NCBI RefSeq assembly: GCF_048403405.1
Contig: NZ_CP183129.1
Direction: 5' to 3' (one strand)
Length of the DNA: 64,000 bases
From: Escherichia coli
GTDB taxonomy: Bacteria; Pseudomonadota; Gammaproteobacteria; Enterobacterales; Enterobacteriaceae
Both the position numbers and the translations under genes were made by a program. The stretch's first letter is position 1; the number at the start of each line of letters is the position of its first letter. The notes under the pieces were generated by a model, which was given only the letters and a program-made list of their open reading frames with translations, made no database searches and had not been told where the DNA came from. This document shows, in pieces, positions 23,120 through 39,019 of the stretch.

Positions 23120-23151
23120 AAAAAAAAACCATCCAAATCTGGATGGTTTTT
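23120..23151 (-). terminator. Strong intrinsic terminator after rlmB (A9-CCATCCA-AATC-TGGATGG-T5; symmetric, bidirectional in form)
   Basis: 7-bp stem flanked by a 9-nt A-run and a T-run; read on the minus strand it is hairpin plus U9, directly downstream of the rlmB stop. Confidence 0.65.
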
Positions 23152-23166
23152 CATAATTCAGAGGAA

Positions 23167-23898
23167 CTAGCTGCGCTGTCGCACCGCTTCAAATAAGCAA
23201 ATCCCTGTCGCCACAGAAACGTTCAGCGAAGAAACACTTCCTGCCATTGGGATGCTGATCAACTCGTCGCAATGTTCACGGGTCAGGCGACGCATACCTT
23301 CACCTTCCGCGCCCATCACCAGCGCCAGGCGTCCGGTCATTTTGCTCTGATAGAGTGTATGATCTGCCTCGCCTGCCGTACCGACGATCCAGATATTCTC
23401 TTCCTGCAACATACGCATGGTGCGCGCCAGATTAGTCACCCGAATCAGCGGAACGCTTTCTGCCGCACCACAGGCCACTTTTTTCGCCGTGGCGTTGAGC
23501 TGTGCGGAGCGATCTTTCGGCACAATCACCGCATGAACACCAGCGGCGTCCGCGCTACGCAGGCACGCGCCGAGGTTGTGCGGATCGGTTACGCCGTCGA
23601 GGATCAGCAGGAACGGTTGATCGAGCGAAGCGATCAGATCCGGCAGATCGTTTTCCTGATACTGCCGTCCTGGCTTCACACGGGCGATAATGCCCTGATG
23701 CACGGCACCGTCGCTTTTCTCGTCGAGATACTGACGGTTCGCCAACTGGATAACCACGCCCTGGGACTCAAGGGCGTGAATCAGCGGTAACAGACGTTTA
23801 TCTTCACGGCCTTTTAAAATAAAGACTTCCTGAAAACGTTCAGGGGCGCGCTCCAGCAGGGCCTGCACTGCGTGGATGCCGTAAATCATTTCGCTCAT
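23167..23898 (-). CDS. rlmB: 23S rRNA (guanosine2251-2-prime-O)-methyltransferase RlmB
   Basis: ORF 23167..23898, 243 aa, SpoU/TrmH-class methyltransferase. Confidence 0.9.
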
Positions 23899-23988
23899 TA
23901 ATGTACTCGTTGTTTACGTTTTGCCGGGAGCGCCACGCTTGCCCGGCCTACGGATAATTCACCCTCTTCTGTTTGAAGAGGGTTATGA

Positions 23989-26430
23989 TCACTCTGCCAC
24001 TTTTTTCTTCGCCGCACGCTTCGCTTTGGTCGCTGCAGCTATTTTCTGCGTTTTCGCCGATGGCTTTTTCGCTTTTCTCGCGTCTTTCTTCGCCGCTTTC
24101 GGCTTCGTTTTTTTCTCGCCGCGGAAGGCGCTGTCTGGCTCAAAGTTTACCTTTTTACCGACCTGACGACGCTTGCCGCCTTTTTTACCTGCATCGCCTT
24201 TTTTCGCTTTCTCGCGCGCCGTTTTACCGACGTTGCGCGGTGCGCGTTCGCTGGAGATCAGGCTAAAGTCGATTTTGCGCTCGTCCATATTAACCGCTTC
24301 GACGCGAACTTCTACGCGATCGCCCAGGCGATAAGTCTGGCCACTGGATTCACCCATCAGGCGTTGCCCTACCTGGTCAAAGCGATAGTAGTCATTGTCC
24401 AGCGAAGAGACATGGACCAGACCATCAATGAACAAGTCGTCCAGACGGACAAAGAATCCAAAGCCAGCGACGCTGGAAATTACGCCTTTAAAGACGTTAC
24501 CTACCTGGTCGAGCATGAAGTCACACTTCAGCCAGTCAGCTACATCGCGTGTTGCTTCGTCGGCACGACGTTCCGCCATCGAACAGTGCTGACCCAGTTG
24601 CAGCATCTCTTCCATCGAATAATGGTAACCACCGGTTTCAGTGGTGTTGCCCTGATGCCCCTGCTCTTTCGCCAGCAGATACTTAATGGCGCGGTGCAGC
24701 GTCAGGTCAGGATAACGACGAATCGGCGAAGTAAAGTGCGCATAGGACTGCAATGCCAGGCCGAAGTGACCACGGTTTTCCGGATCGTAAATCGCCTGTT
24801 TCATCGAGCGCAGCAGCATGGTTTGCAGCATTTCTGCATCAGGACGATCGGCAACCGACTCCAGCAGCTCCGCGTAGTCACGCGGTTCCGGCTTGTTACC
24901 GCCCGGCAGTTCCAGCCCCAGCTCCGCCAGCACTGAACGGAAAGAGGTAATCGCTTCGGTGCTCGGCTTATCGTGAATACGGAACAGTGCCGGTTCTTTG
25001 GCTTTCTCAACGAAACGCGCCGCCGAGATATTCGCCAGAATCATGCACTCTTCAATTAATTTGTGTGCGTCGTTACGCTGGGTCTGTTCGATACGTTCAA
25101 TACGGCGTTCAGCGTTGAAAATGAACTTCGCTTCTTCGCTCTCAAATGAGATCCCACCGCGTTCTTCACGGGCTTTATCCAGCACTTTATAGAGGTTATG
25201 TAACTCTTCGAGATGCTTAACCAGCGGGGCGTACTGCTCGCGCAGATCCTGATCGCCCTGCAGAATATGCCAGACTTTGGTGTAGGTCAGACGTGCGTGA
25301 GAGCTCATTACCGCTTCATAGAATTTGTAGCCAGTCAGGCGGCCTTTCGACGAAACCGTCATCTCGCACACCATACACAGGCGGTCTACCTGCGGGTTGA
25401 GCGAACACAGACCGTTAGAGAGTACTTCCGGCAGCATCGGGATAACCTGCGAAGGGAAGTACACCGACGTACCACGGTTACGCGCTTCTCTGTCCAGCGG
25501 TGTTGGCGGACGCACATAGTAGCTGACGTCGGCAATCGCGACCCATAAACGCCAGCCGCCGCCGCGTTTTTTCTCGCAGTAAACTGCATCGTCAAAGTCA
25601 CGGGCGTCTTCGCCATCAATGGTGACCAGCGGTAAATCGCGCAGATCGACACGGCCCGCTTTTGCTTCTTCCGGCACTTCTTCTTTCAGCCCGGCAACCT
25701 GTTGCTCAACGGCCTGCGGCCAGATATACGGAATTTCATGGGTACGCAGAGCGATATCAACTGCCATGCCGGTGCCCATATTGTCGCCAAGTACTTCGAC
25801 GATTTTACCCACCGCTTTGGTACGGCGAGTCGGGCGTTGGGTCAGTTCAACCACCACCACAAAGCCCATCCGCGCGCCCATGATCTGATCGGGCGGGATT
25901 AAGATATCGAAGCTCAAACGACTGTCGTCAGGAACCACAAAGCCGACGCCCGCTTCGGTAAAGTAGCGACCAACAATCTGGCTGGTTTTTGGCACCAGTA
26001 CGCGGACAATACGCGCTTCACGACGACCTTTACGGTCAGCGCCCAGCGGCTGCGCCAGCACCTGATCGCCATGAATGCAGGTTTTCATCTGCTCGCTGGA
26101 GAGATACAAATCATCTTTACGCCCTTCAACCCGCAGAAAGCCGTAGCCATCACGGTGGCCAATAACGGTACCTTTCACCAGGTCGAGGCGTTCCGGCAGC
26201 GCATAGCACTGACGACGAGTGAAGACCAGTTGACCATCGCGCTCCATCGCGCGCAGGCGGCGACGCAGGCCTTCAAGCTGCTCTTCGCCTTCAATGTGCA
26301 GTTCTACCGCCAGCTCATCACGGCTGGCCGGTTTTTCACGTTTGGTTAAATGTTCGAGGATAAATTCCCGACTAGGGATGGGATTCGCGTATTTTTCAGC
26401 TTCGCGTTCCTGGAAAGGATCTTGTGACAT
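23989..26430 (-). CDS. rnr: Exoribonuclease R (RNase R)
   Basis: Track ORF to 26472; ATG at 26430 gives [14 protein letters not shown]..., 813 aa; RNB and S1 domains and Lys-rich C-terminal tail. Confidence 0.9.
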   Translation of the reverse strand: MSQDPFQEREAEKYANPIPSREFILEHLTKREKPASRDELAVELHIEGEEQLEGLRRRLRAMERDGQLVFTRRQCYALPERLDLVKGTVIGHRDGYGFLRVEGRKDDLYLSSEQMKTCIHGDQVLAQPLGADRKGRREARIVRVLVPKTSQIVGRYFTEAGVGFVVPDDSRLSFDILIPPDQIMGARMGFVVVVELTQRPTRRTKAVGKIVEVLGDNMGTGMAVDIALRTHEIPYIWPQAVEQQVAGLKEEVPEEAKAGRVDLRDLPLVTIDGEDARDFDDAVYCEKKRGGGWRLWVAIADVSYYVRPPTPLDREARNRGTSVYFPSQVIPMLPEVLSNGLCSLNPQVDRLCMVCEMTVSSKGRLTGYKFYEAVMSSHARLTYTKVWHILQGDQDLREQYAPLVKHLEELHNLYKVLDKAREERGGISFESEEAKFIFNAERRIERIEQTQRNDAHKLIEECMILANISAARFVEKAKEPALFRIHDKPSTEAITSFRSVLAELGLELPGGNKPEPRDYAELLESVADRPDAEMLQTMLLRSMKQAIYDPENRGHFGLALQSYAHFTSPIRRYPDLTLHRAIKYLLAKEQGHQGNTTETGGYHYSMEEMLQLGQHCSMAERRADEATRDVADWLKCDFMLDQVGNVFKGVISSVAGFGFFVRLDDLFIDGLVHVSSLDNDYYRFDQVGQRLMGESSGQTYRLGDRVEVRVEAVNMDERKIDFSLISSERAPRNVGKTAREKAKKGDAGKKGGKRRQVGKKVNFEPDSAFRGEKKTKPKAAKKDARKAKKPSAKTQKIAAATKAKRAAKKKVAE

Positions 26431-26468
26431 CTCGGTTCCTCCGTTGTCATCTCTGATGAAGATTTTCG

Positions 26469-26894
26469 TCACTCCACCAGCAATAATTTATAAAGCGGTT
26501 GATTCTCTTCAACCAAATCGGCAAGCGTGTAGTTATCCAGTTCCGTAAGAAAACTTTGCACGGCCTTAGAAAGCGCCTGTTTCAACCGACAGGCAGGTGT
26601 AATGTGGCAAAACTCACTGCTGCAATTCACCAGCGATAAGGGCTCCAGCTCGCGCACCACATCACCAATACGTATCGCACTCGCCGGTTTACCCAGACGA
26701 ATGCCGCCATTTTTTCCACGAACAGCAGTCACGTAGCCGGCACGACTAAGTTGATTGATTATTTTGACCATATGATTACGGGAGACGCCGTAGACGTCAG
26801 TCACTTCAGAAATACTGGTCATCCGCCCTTCTGGCAATGACGCCATGTAGATCAGCGCACGTAATCCGTAATCAGTGAAACTCGTTAACTGCAC
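26469..26894 (-). CDS. nsrR: Rrf2-family nitric-oxide-sensing repressor NsrR
   Basis: ORF 26469..26894, 141 aa; Rrf2 HTH and three C-terminal Cys; lies 38 nt upstream of rnr. Confidence 0.9.
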
Positions 26895-27098
26895 ATCAAC
26901 CTCAAAAGGGAAATCGGGAAAAAATACATTTATATTGATGATAAACCAGCCACAAGCTGTGTCGCTAATTTATTTCAGTTCGGGGAAGGAAAAAAGCGAG
27001 GATTTAACACTGTGTCGGATAGCGTAATGGCTTACCCGACACAGCAATGTATCACACTGTTAGCCCGGCAGGCAAAATATCTGCCAGGCGTACCAGAA

Positions 27099-28400
<1,302 letters not shown>

Positions 28401-28500
28401 TCAAAATCACCGTTTGCTTAAAAATGGATTCTACCATCGCTTTTTCAGAGTTACAGCACTTTTTGCACTCAAAAATGACCTCGATCAGTCTGTTTTTTGT

Positions 28501-28698
28501 TCAGCCAATCGTTTTCCTCAACATGTAGTAGACCACAACGCCCGCAACCACAAGTCCACCGCCAAAACGACGTAAAATATTATCGGGCAAATTGGTCATC
28601 GCAGAGATCATCTTCTTCCATGCCTTCGGGTAAAGCATCGGCCCTAAACCTTCCAGCACCAAAACCAGGGCAAGCGCCAGCCAGATTGTCGAATTCAT
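28501..28698 (-). CDS. yjeT: DUF2065 small membrane protein YjeT
   Basis: ORF 28501..28698, 65 aa, two hydrophobic helices; AAGGA Shine-Dalgarno 7 nt upstream. Confidence 0.8.
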   Translation of the reverse strand: MNSTIWLALALVLVLEGLGPMLYPKAWKKMISAMTNLPDNILRRFGGGLVVAGVVVYYMLRKTIG

Positions 28699-28712
28699 TC
28701 ATTATCCTTATA

Positions 28713-28750
28713 GAAAAAGAAAACCACCGACATCCCTGAGGATGCGGTGG
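28713..28750 (-). terminator. Intrinsic terminator downstream of hflC
   Basis: On the minus strand: CCACCGCATCC-TCAG-GGATGTCGGTGG followed by UUUUCUUUUUCU. Confidence 0.6.
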
Positions 28751-28779
28751 CTTTATTGACCTGTACCGCGGTCGTTATA

Positions 28780-29784
28780 TTAACGCGTTGCGGAAGTCGG
28801 CGTCTTCATGTAGCGGAAGAAATCGCTATCCGGGCTCATGACCATCACGTCCTGATTGCCAGAGAAGCTGTTCTCATAAGCACGCAGGCTACGGATGAAT
28901 GCGTAGAAGTCCGGATCTTTACTGAATGCATCAGCAAACAGTTTGGCTGCTTCTGCATCGCCTTCACCACGCATGATGCGGCCCTGACGCTCAGCTTCAG
29001 CCAACGTTCTGGTCACTTCATAGTCGGCAGTCGCGCGCAGTTTTTCCGCTTCTTCCTGACCTTGTGAACGGTGACGACGCGCTACCGCTTCACGCTCGGC
29101 GCGCATACGGTTGTAGATCGCTTCAGACACTTCGGTCGGCAGGTTGATCTGCTTAATTCGCACATCGACAACTTCAATACCCAGCGCCGCCATACTGTTC
29201 GGGTTGATGACCGGAACTTTGCCCTTCGTCTCAGCCGTTACGCGCTCTGCCGCTTCGGCAATGGCGTTATCTGCCGCCGGGGTAGTAACTTCATCTTCTG
29301 TACCCGCAGAACCGGAGTTCAGCGCGTCACGTACCTCGAGGGTCAAACGACCACGGGAATCGGTGACGATGTCTTTCACGTCCAGACGACCAATTTCAGA
29401 ACGCAGACGGTCAGAGAACTTACGTTTCAACAGCACTTCCGCTTGCGAAATGTCGCCACCGCCCGTTGCCAGATAGTAACGGCTGAAATCGCTGATGCGC
29501 CATTTGATGTAAGAGTCGACGATCAGGTCTTTCTTCTCTTTGGTCACAAAGCGGTCGGCCTGGTTGTCCATGGTCTGAATACGTGCGTCGAGCATTTTCA
29601 CCGTTTCAATGAACGGTATCTTGAAATGCAGACCCGGCTCATAAACCAGAGGTTTGTTGTCATCGTCACGCAGTACCTTACCAAAACGCAGCGTAATACC
29701 GCGCTCACCTTCTTTGACGACAAAGACAGACATGTAAAGCACTACCAGCACGATGATGATAATCGCGATAACTGACTTACGCAT
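28780..29784 (-). CDS. hflC: FtsH-modulating SPFH protein HflC
   Basis: ORF 28780..29784, 334 aa; band-7/SPFH domain. Confidence 0.95.
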   Translation of the reverse strand: MRKSVIAIIIIVLVVLYMSVFVVKEGERGITLRFGKVLRDDDNKPLVYEPGLHFKIPFIETVKMLDARIQTMDNQADRFVTKEKKDLIVDSYIKWRISDFSRYYLATGGGDISQAEVLLKRKFSDRLRSEIGRLDVKDIVTDSRGRLTLEVRDALNSGSAGTEDEVTTPAADNAIAEAAERVTAETKGKVPVINPNSMAALGIEVVDVRIKQINLPTEVSEAIYNRMRAEREAVARRHRSQGQEEAEKLRATADYEVTRTLAEAERQGRIMRGEGDAEAAKLFADAFSKDPDFYAFIRSLRAYENSFSGNQDVMVMSPDSDFFRYMKTPTSATR

Positions 29785-29786
29785 CG

Positions 29787-31046
29787 TTATTCCCCCTGAC
29801 GCTGGTAGTCGTTACGCTGCGCGTTGGCGCGGCGTTGGTCCATAATATCGCCCTGACTGGTGGACGACGTGTTGCTTGCTCCACTGGTTGTGGAGGAAGA
29901 GGCTGGCGGCAGACGCAGCAGATTGCTGGCACCGTTATCGCTCTTCGCCGCAGGGGCGTTACCACCTTTCAGCATCTGGTCTAACGGCAGAACCATCAGG
30001 TTGCCACCTTTATCGTTAACCAGCACTTTGCGGGTGTTGCCCAACACTTTTTCCATCGTCTCGATATACAGACGCTCGCGAGTAATTTCCGGCGCGGCTT
30101 TATATTCCGGCAGAAGTTTAGCAAAGCGCGCCACTTCACCCTGAGCTTCCAGGATGGTCTGGGCCTTGTACGCACGCGCCTCTTCGAGGATACGTTGCGC
30201 CTGACCGTTCGCACGCGGCTGAACTTCGTTGGTATACGCTTCTGCTTCACGAATATATTGCTGTTCGTTTTCACGCGCGGCAATCGCATCGTCAAACGCC
30301 GCTTTTACTTCTTCCGGCGGACGAGCTGCCTGGAAGTTGACGTCCAGCAGAGTGATACCCATATCATACGGACGAATCGTCTCTTCCAGTTCGCGCTGAG
30401 TATCGCTACGAATCACGGTACGACCTTCCGTCAGAATGCGGTCCATGGTGTATTTACCGATAACCCCACGCAGGGCGCTGTCGGTAGCCTGACGCAGACT
30501 GTCATCCGGGCTGGTTACGCTATACAGATATTTTTCCGGATTGGTGACGCGGTACTGCACGTTCATCTCAACGCGCACTACGTTCTCGTCCGACGTCAGC
30601 ATCACACCAGAAGCGGCCAGTTCACGCACGGCTTCCACGTTCACCGGTTTGACTTCGTCGATAAACGTCGGTTTCCAGTTCAGACCCGGCTCAACCAGAT
30701 GGCTGAATTTACCAAAGCGTGTTACCACGCCACGTTCGGCTTCTTTAATGGTATAGAAACCACTGGCCGCCCAGATAATGACAATCGCTGCCGCTGCGAT
30801 GGTAACGACACGACCGCCAAGCTGCGGGCGCGGGCCTTGCGATGAACTGCCACCGCCAGATCCGGTGCCTTTACCGCCGCCCAGACCACCGAGCTTTTTG
30901 CTCAGTTTGCGGAAGATATCATCTAAATCAGGTGGCCCTTGATCGCGACCGCCTTTGTTTCCATTTCCCTCAGAGTTGCCGCCAGGTTTGCTGCTTCCCC
31001 ACGGGTCGCGGTCTTGTCCGTTATTACCGGGCTGATTCCACGCCAT
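29787..31046 (-). CDS. hflK: FtsH-modulating SPFH protein HflK
   Basis: ORF 29787..31046, 419 aa; Gly-rich N-terminus and SPFH domain. Confidence 0.95.
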   Translation of the reverse strand: MAWNQPGNNGQDRDPWGSSKPGGNSEGNGNKGGRDQGPPDLDDIFRKLSKKLGGLGGGKGTGSGGGSSSQGPRPQLGGRVVTIAAAAIVIIWAASGFYTIKEAERGVVTRFGKFSHLVEPGLNWKPTFIDEVKPVNVEAVRELAASGVMLTSDENVVRVEMNVQYRVTNPEKYLYSVTSPDDSLRQATDSALRGVIGKYTMDRILTEGRTVIRSDTQRELEETIRPYDMGITLLDVNFQAARPPEEVKAAFDDAIAARENEQQYIREAEAYTNEVQPRANGQAQRILEEARAYKAQTILEAQGEVARFAKLLPEYKAAPEITRERLYIETMEKVLGNTRKVLVNDKGGNLMVLPLDQMLKGGNAPAAKSDNGASNLLRLPPASSSTTSGASNTSSTSQGDIMDQRRANAQRNDYQRQGE

Positions 31047-31131
31047 GTTTGTGCTCCATATTTGTTATGCGGTGATCCCTGTTGTCTTTCGACGCCAGAG
31101 GATATGACTCCACGCTTCAGACGCTACGCCG

Positions 31132-32412
31132 TTAGATCAGGTAATCGATCAACGCCGGTTCTTGTTTACAGAGGCGACGCCAGTCAACGATCGGCATACG
31201 AACTTGCAGACTTACGCTGCCGTCCTCCTCCATCCACTCTTTTTCTATTGCCTGAAGCTGATAAAAACGACTTCTCAGACGCCCTTCCTGCGGTGGCAGA
31301 CGCAATGTATGCTGCGCCACCTCGCCGGAAAGCCGCTCCGTCAAAGCCTGAAAAAGCTGTGGTATCCCCGCTCCGGTCTGTGCGGAAAGCCAGACACGGA
31401 TCGGTTTGTTCTCTTCGTCCCGATCAATACGCGGTTCGAAATCTTCCAGCATATCGATCTTGTTCATCACCAGCAGGGTTGGGATCTCGTGAGCGTCGAT
31501 CTCTTCAAGAACCGTATTCACCGCTTCGATGTTTTCTTGTACACGCACATCCGCCGCATCAATGACGTGCAGCAGCAATGTGGCTTGCCGCGTCTCTTGT
31601 AACGTGGCTTTAAATGCCGCCACCAGATCGTGCGGCAGGTGGCGAATAAACCCTACGGTATCAGCCAACACGGTTTCACCGACATCTGCGACGTCAATAC
31701 GCCGCAACGTCGGGTCGAGGGTGGCAAACAACTGGTCTGCCGCGTAGACCCGCGCTTCGGTGATGCGATTGAAAAGGGTAGATTTACCGGCGTTGGTATA
31801 TCCCACCAGCGAAACAGTAGGAACGTCGGCTTTGATACGCGATTGCCGCCCCTGCTCACGCTGCTTTTCAACTCTTTCCAGGCGCGACTGTATCTGCACG
31901 ATGCGATTACGCAACAAACGACGGTCGGTTTCGAGCTGGGTTTCACCCGGACCACGCAAACCTATCCCGCCTTTCTGTCTTTCAAGGTGGGTCCAGCCAC
32001 GCACCAGGCGCGTAGCCAGATGGCGCAGCTGCGCCAGCTCAACCTGCAACTTACCCTCATGGGTACGCGCACGTTGGGCGAAAATATCTAAAATAAGGCC
32101 GGTGCGGTCGATGACACGACACTCGCACAAACGCTCCAGGTTACGCTCTTGCGCCGGACTCAGGGCATGGTCAAAAAGAACGACCGAAGCACCCGTCGCT
32201 TTGACAGCTTCCGCAATTTCAACTGCTTTACCTTCACCTACAAAATACTTTGGGTGCGGCGCTTTACGGCTACCGGTAATCACCTGCAATGCTTCGACAC
32301 CGGCGGAAGAGACCAGAGATTCAAACTCCTGGAGGTCTTCCATATCTTTGTCTTGCGTAAAATAGATGTGTACCAGTACCGCCTGCTCACCAGCATCATA
32401 ACGGTCAAACAA
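31132..32412 (-). CDS. hflX: Ribosome-associated GTPase HflX
   Basis: ORF 31132..32412, 426 aa; [10 protein letters not shown]-loop. Confidence 0.95.
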   Translation of the reverse strand: MFDRYDAGEQAVLVHIYFTQDKDMEDLQEFESLVSSAGVEALQVITGSRKAPHPKYFVGEGKAVEIAEAVKATGASVVLFDHALSPAQERNLERLCECRVIDRTGLILDIFAQRARTHEGKLQVELAQLRHLATRLVRGWTHLERQKGGIGLRGPGETQLETDRRLLRNRIVQIQSRLERVEKQREQGRQSRIKADVPTVSLVGYTNAGKSTLFNRITEARVYAADQLFATLDPTLRRIDVADVGETVLADTVGFIRHLPHDLVAAFKATLQETRQATLLLHVIDAADVRVQENIEAVNTVLEEIDAHEIPTLLVMNKIDMLEDFEPRIDRDEENKPIRVWLSAQTGAGIPQLFQALTERLSGEVAQHTLRLPPQEGRLRSRFYQLQAIEKEWMEEDGSVSLQVRMPIVDWRRLCKQEPALIDYLI

Positions 32413-32488
32413 GCGTATAACCCTCTAAATAGATCAGCGGGGAACGCAGGATCGCTGGCTCCCCGTGTAAAAAAAACAGCCCGAAACC

Positions 32489-32809
<321 letters not shown>

Positions 32810-32882
32810 TTATATGCTTATTTGTACTTTGAACCTTTCGATTCTGAAAAAATTGCGCACGATACGTCTCAATTGTACACAT

Positions 32883-33833
32883 TCAGCCTGCGATAGCACC
32901 AACAACCTGTAATACTTCGCCACGCGCTTGTTCTGGTTTTTCACTGTCAAGCCAGTGAACCCCTTCCCAACCACGCAGCCAGGTTATCTGCCGCTTCGCC
33001 AACTGTCTCGTGGCGCAAACACCTCGATAAACCATTTCATCGTATGAGATTTCGCCTTCAAGGTAAGACCACATCTGGCGATAACCCACGCAACGAATGG
33101 AAGGCAAGTCCGTATGCAAATCTCCTCGGGCAAAAAGCGCCCGGACTTCTGCTTCAAAACCTGAAGCCAACATCTGATGAAAACGCTGCTCAATTCGTTG
33201 ATGGAGCAGTTCACGGCTCGCCGGGGCGATGGCGAACTGATGCACCTGATACGGTAGAGCGTCTCCTGACGTTTGCGTCAGTTCCGTTAAAGTTTTACCC
33301 GAAATGAAAAAAACTTCCAGTGCCCGGGAAAGCCTTTGTGGATCATTTGGATGAATCCTTGCTGCCGCAACCGGATCGATCTCCTGAAGTTGACGATGCA
33401 ATGACTCCCAACCTTGCTCTGCCGCCTGTTGCTCAATTCTGGCCCGCACTTCCGGGTCTGCCGACGGTAGCGGCGACAACCCTTCCAGCAATGCCTTGAA
33501 ATACAACATCGTACCGCCCACTAACAGTGGGATCCGCCCCGCCGCGGTGATATCGGCCATTTCCGCCAGCGCATCGCGGCGAAAATCAGCAGCCGAGTAA
33601 GCCTGCGACGGATCGCGAATATCCAGCAATCGGTGCGGCGCGGCGAGTAACTCTTCAGCGTTCGGCTTCGCCGTCCCGATATCCATCCCTTTGTAAATAA
33701 GGGCAGAATCAACGCTTATCAACTCTACTGGTAAAATTTTACGCAGCTCAATGGCTAACGCCGTTTTACCGGAGGCCGTCGGCCCCATCAAAAAAATCGC
33801 CTTAGGCAGGCTCGCCTTACTGATATCACTCAT
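32883..33833 (-). CDS. miaA: tRNA dimethylallyltransferase MiaA
   Basis: ORF 32883..33833, 316 aa, GPTASGKT P-loop; start overlaps the mutL 3-prime end by 8 nt. Confidence 0.95.
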   Translation of the reverse strand: MSDISKASLPKAIFLMGPTASGKTALAIELRKILPVELISVDSALIYKGMDIGTAKPNAEELLAAPHRLLDIRDPSQAYSAADFRRDALAEMADITAAGRIPLLVGGTMLYFKALLEGLSPLPSADPEVRARIEQQAAEQGWESLHRQLQEIDPVAAARIHPNDPQRLSRALEVFFISGKTLTELTQTSGDALPYQVHQFAIAPASRELLHQRIEQRFHQMLASGFEAEVRALFARGDLHTDLPSIRCVGYRQMWSYLEGEISYDEMVYRGVCATRQLAKRQITWLRGWEGVHWLDSEKPEQARGEVLQVVGAIAG

Positions 33834-35673
33834 CTTTCAGGGCTTTTATCGCCGGATGTAAATCAACAGATTGTAACAGACCACCCGGCGGCGTTTTCAC
33901 AAGTTGCGGACATAACCGTTCCACGTCCGCTAGCAGGGTTATGGCCTGTGCCATTGACCACTGCGCATGTTCGCTCATCAGATTTCGTGCAATCCACTGC
34001 GCAATATTGCCAGGTTCGAATACGGACTGCTTCGCCAGGTAGCCTATCAGTTCAGGAATCAAGATTTGTAAATTTTGTTGGCGTAAGGGTAAAGGCACGG
34101 CCCTGATGGTCACATGCTGTGCATCTGACTGGAAATCAATACCCAATTCCGCCAGGGCAGACTGCGCTTTTTCTAATGCCGATTTTTCTTCGCCAGAAAC
34201 TTTTAGCCGCAACGGAATAAGCAACGGCTGGGCGCAAACTGGCGCTTCACCCGGCGTCAGTTGCGCCTGACGCAGCCAACGTTCTGCCACTGGCAAGGCT
34301 AAAAGTGAAATGTTGCCGTCGCGCTCCAGCAACGCACAGTCGGAATGAACGATAGTCAGTACCCGACCAAAACTCTGACTGTTCGCCGCAAGTGCAGGTT
34401 CCTGCGGTTCTGGCGCTTTTGGTTTTTGCATCGGCGCGGGCGTTTGCAAAAGCTGGCGATACACTTCACCTTGCTGTTTCTGGTAACCTGGCTGCGCATT
34501 CGGCCAGGGGGCAGCCGGACGACTGCCTGAGGCGGGCGCAGGAGTGTAACGCGGAGCTACTGGCTCACGAAATGCCGGTTCAGCAAAATGATTGCGCCCC
34601 GCCGCCACGCGGTTTTCCGGGATGGCGCGCGGTGCAGGTTGTGGTTCATCGTCCAGCGGTAGCGGCGTTTCCAGTTGCTGTTGTAGCACGCTCAGCACGC
34701 CCTGATAGATAAAATCATGCACCAGACGCGACTGATGGAAACGCACTTCGTGTTTGGCAGGGTGCACGTTGACGTCCACCTGATGTGGGTCGATCTCCAG
34801 ATACAGCACAAATGCCGGTTGCTGATCGGCCCCCAGTTTGTCTTCACAGGCCTGGCGGATCGCGTGATTGATCAGGCGATCGCGCATCATGCGACCATTC
34901 ACATAGCAATACTGAATTTCCGCCAGTGCGGGCGTGGTGTGATTCGGATCTGCCACCCAGCCGCGCAGCGTAAGATCGCCGTGTTGCCATTCAATCGCCA
35001 GCGCTTGTTCGAGAAAAGCGGTACCGCAAATCGCGCCTAAGCGCCGTTCTTTTTGCCCGCCTTCCGGCACTGCGCGGTACTGACGCACAATTTTACCGTT
35101 ATGCGACAGGTTGATCGTGACGTCGAAACGCGCCAGTGCAATGCGGCGGATGATCTCATCAATGTGGTTAAATTCGGTTTTCTCGGTGCGCAGGAATTTG
35201 CGCCGCGCCGGGGTGTTGTAGAACAGATCCAGCACCTCCAGCGTCGTTCCCACAGGATGCGCCGCCGGTTTTACCGTCACGTCCATATCGCGCCCTTCGG
35301 CATAGGCCTGCCAGGCTTCCTGCTGTTCTGCGGTACGTGAAGTGAGCGTCAGGCGGGAAACCGAACTGATACTCGCCAGAGCCTCACCGCGAAAGCCCAG
35401 GCTGATAATGGCTTCGAGATCGTCCAGAGAGGCGATTTTACTGGTGGCATGACGAGCCAGCGCCAGCGCCAGCTCATCTTTTTTGATACCGCAGCCGTTA
35501 TCACGAATGCGGATAAGTTTCGCCCCACCGCGTTCGATATCAATATCGATACGCGTCGCACCTGCATCGAGGCTGTTTTCCACCAGTTCTTTGACTACCG
35601 ACGCAGGTCGCTCGACCACCTCACCTGCGGCAATCTGGTTCGCCAGTTGTGGCGGTAAGACCTGAATTGGCAT
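33826..35673 (-). CDS. mutL: DNA mismatch repair protein MutL
   Basis: Track ORF to 35676 starts at TTG; ATG at 35673 gives [23 protein letters not shown]..., 615 aa. Confidence 0.95.
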   Translation of the reverse strand: MPIQVLPPQLANQIAAGEVVERPASVVKELVENSLDAGATRIDIDIERGGAKLIRIRDNGCGIKKDELALALARHATSKIASLDDLEAIISLGFRGEALASISSVSRLTLTSRTAEQQEAWQAYAEGRDMDVTVKPAAHPVGTTLEVLDLFYNTPARRKFLRTEKTEFNHIDEIIRRIALARFDVTINLSHNGKIVRQYRAVPEGGQKERRLGAICGTAFLEQALAIEWQHGDLTLRGWVADPNHTTPALAEIQYCYVNGRMMRDRLINHAIRQACEDKLGADQQPAFVLYLEIDPHQVDVNVHPAKHEVRFHQSRLVHDFIYQGVLSVLQQQLETPLPLDDEPQPAPRAIPENRVAAGRNHFAEPAFREPVAPRYTPAPASGSRPAAPWPNAQPGYQKQQGEVYRQLLQTPAPMQKPKAPEPQEPALAANSQSFGRVLTIVHSDCALLERDGNISLLALPVAERWLRQAQLTPGEAPVCAQPLLIPLRLKVSGEEKSALEKAQSALAELGIDFQSDAQHVTIRAVPLPLRQQNLQILIPELIGYLAKQSVFEPGNIAQWIARNLMSEHAQWSMAQAITLLADVERLCPQLVKTPPGGLLQSVDLHPAIKALKDE

Positions 35674-35682
35674 CAATAATCC

Positions 35683-37020
35683 TTAGTTTGGCAGCGTGCG
35701 ATCTGGCGTCGTCACCGTACTGGCCGTTTGTGCCGCTGTACCCTGCGGCGCAGATTGCATCGGATGCGCAAGGAAATAATTACGCAGGCCTTTGTAAATG
35801 GCTTCTGCCAGCTGTTGTTGGTAATCGTCGCTCGCCAGCAAACGTTCTTCGCTGTTGTTGCTGATAAAACCGGTTTCGACCAGTACTGATGGGATATCCG
35901 GCGAGCGCAGAACGCCAAGGCTGGCGTGTTCTGGTCGACGTTTATGAATTTCGCCAATGCGTTGCAACTGACTGATCATACTGGTCGCTACATCATACCC
36001 TACCCGCTGGGAATGACCGAACTGTAAATCCAGCACCGCCTGGCTTAAATAGGGGTCAGACTGACTGTTCGCCAGCACATCGCCCGCTCCGCCCAATAGC
36101 TCCGACTGTTTCTCATGCTGTTCCAGCCAGCTTGCCATCTCGCTGTTTGCACGACGGTTAGAGAGCACCCATACGGAAGCGCCAGTCGCACTGCGGTTTG
36201 GTGCGGCATCAGCGTGAATCGACACGAGGAAATTGGCGTTTTGCTTACGTGCCACATCGCTGCGCCCCATCACCGAAATAAAGTAATCCCCATCACGAGT
36301 TAAAACGCCTTTAAACATCGGATCGTCATTGAGCAAAGTACGCAATTTACGCGCGATGGCGATGGTGACATTTTTCTCCCGCGTACCACCGGGGCCGATA
36401 GCGCCAGGATCCTGACCGCCGTGTCCGGCATCAATAGCGATGATAATTTTATCGCCTGTGTTAGCCGTCGCACGCGCTGCCAGACGCGTTACCGTATTAC
36501 TGCTGATAACACCCGTAGTGCGGTTACTTTCCGTTTTAAACGGATTGCGCGCCGGTTCGCTGACGCGCGGTGCGACAACCGCAGGCGTTTCAACGCGTTT
36601 CGCAACCACAGGCGGCGGAGGAGGCGGTGGCGGCGCATCGGCGTTAATCGTAAAGACGACAGTGTAATTGCTGCCATTCTGCCGCTTCACCGCTTCGGTT
36701 TTACCATTTTCGGTAAGATCGACCACCAGCCGTAGCGTTTGTGCATCTTTAGGCGTTCCAGAGCGAATCGCCTTCACCAGATTATTGCCGCTGAACAACA
36801 ACGGCAGTCCCTGAATCACGCCCGTTTGTTTGATATCGAGCGCCACGGTGCGTTTGCTTTGATGGCTAAACGCATAATCAGGATCGCCAATAAAACTCAA
36901 CGTTATCCGCGCCTGTTGGTTGCCGTTAGAAACCTGAATATCAGAGAGCGTCGCGGCACCCACCGACGCGCACAGCAGCAGCAACGTCGCTACCAACCAA
37001 TTTCTGATGCGATACATCAT
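35683..37020 (-). CDS. amiB: N-acetylmuramoyl-L-alanine amidase AmiB
   Basis: ATG at 37020 gives [23 protein letters not shown]..., 445 aa; contains a PPPPPPPP tract; amidase_3 domain. Confidence 0.9.
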   Translation of the reverse strand: MMYRIRNWLVATLLLLCASVGAATLSDIQVSNGNQQARITLSFIGDPDYAFSHQSKRTVALDIKQTGVIQGLPLLFSGNNLVKAIRSGTPKDAQTLRLVVDLTENGKTEAVKRQNGSNYTVVFTINADAPPPPPPPPVVAKRVETPAVVAPRVSEPARNPFKTESNRTTGVISSNTVTRLAARATANTGDKIIIAIDAGHGGQDPGAIGPGGTREKNVTIAIARKLRTLLNDDPMFKGVLTRDGDYFISVMGRSDVARKQNANFLVSIHADAAPNRSATGASVWVLSNRRANSEMASWLEQHEKQSELLGGAGDVLANSQSDPYLSQAVLDLQFGHSQRVGYDVATSMISQLQRIGEIHKRRPEHASLGVLRSPDIPSVLVETGFISNNSEERLLASDDYQQQLAEAIYKGLRNYFLAHPMQSAPQGTAAQTASTVTTPDRTLPN

Positions 37021-37038
37021 CCCGCCACCTTTCAAAGG

Positions 37039-39017
<1,979 letters not shown>

Positions 39018-39019
<2 letters not shown>

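Noticed and set aside
23041-23127. Possible sigma54 (GG-N10-GC) promoter upstream of yjfI, by analogy with the pspA operon
   Set aside because: The only TGG...TGCA pair in the region is spaced about 17 nt apart, not the required 10 nt; no convincing -24/-12 element found
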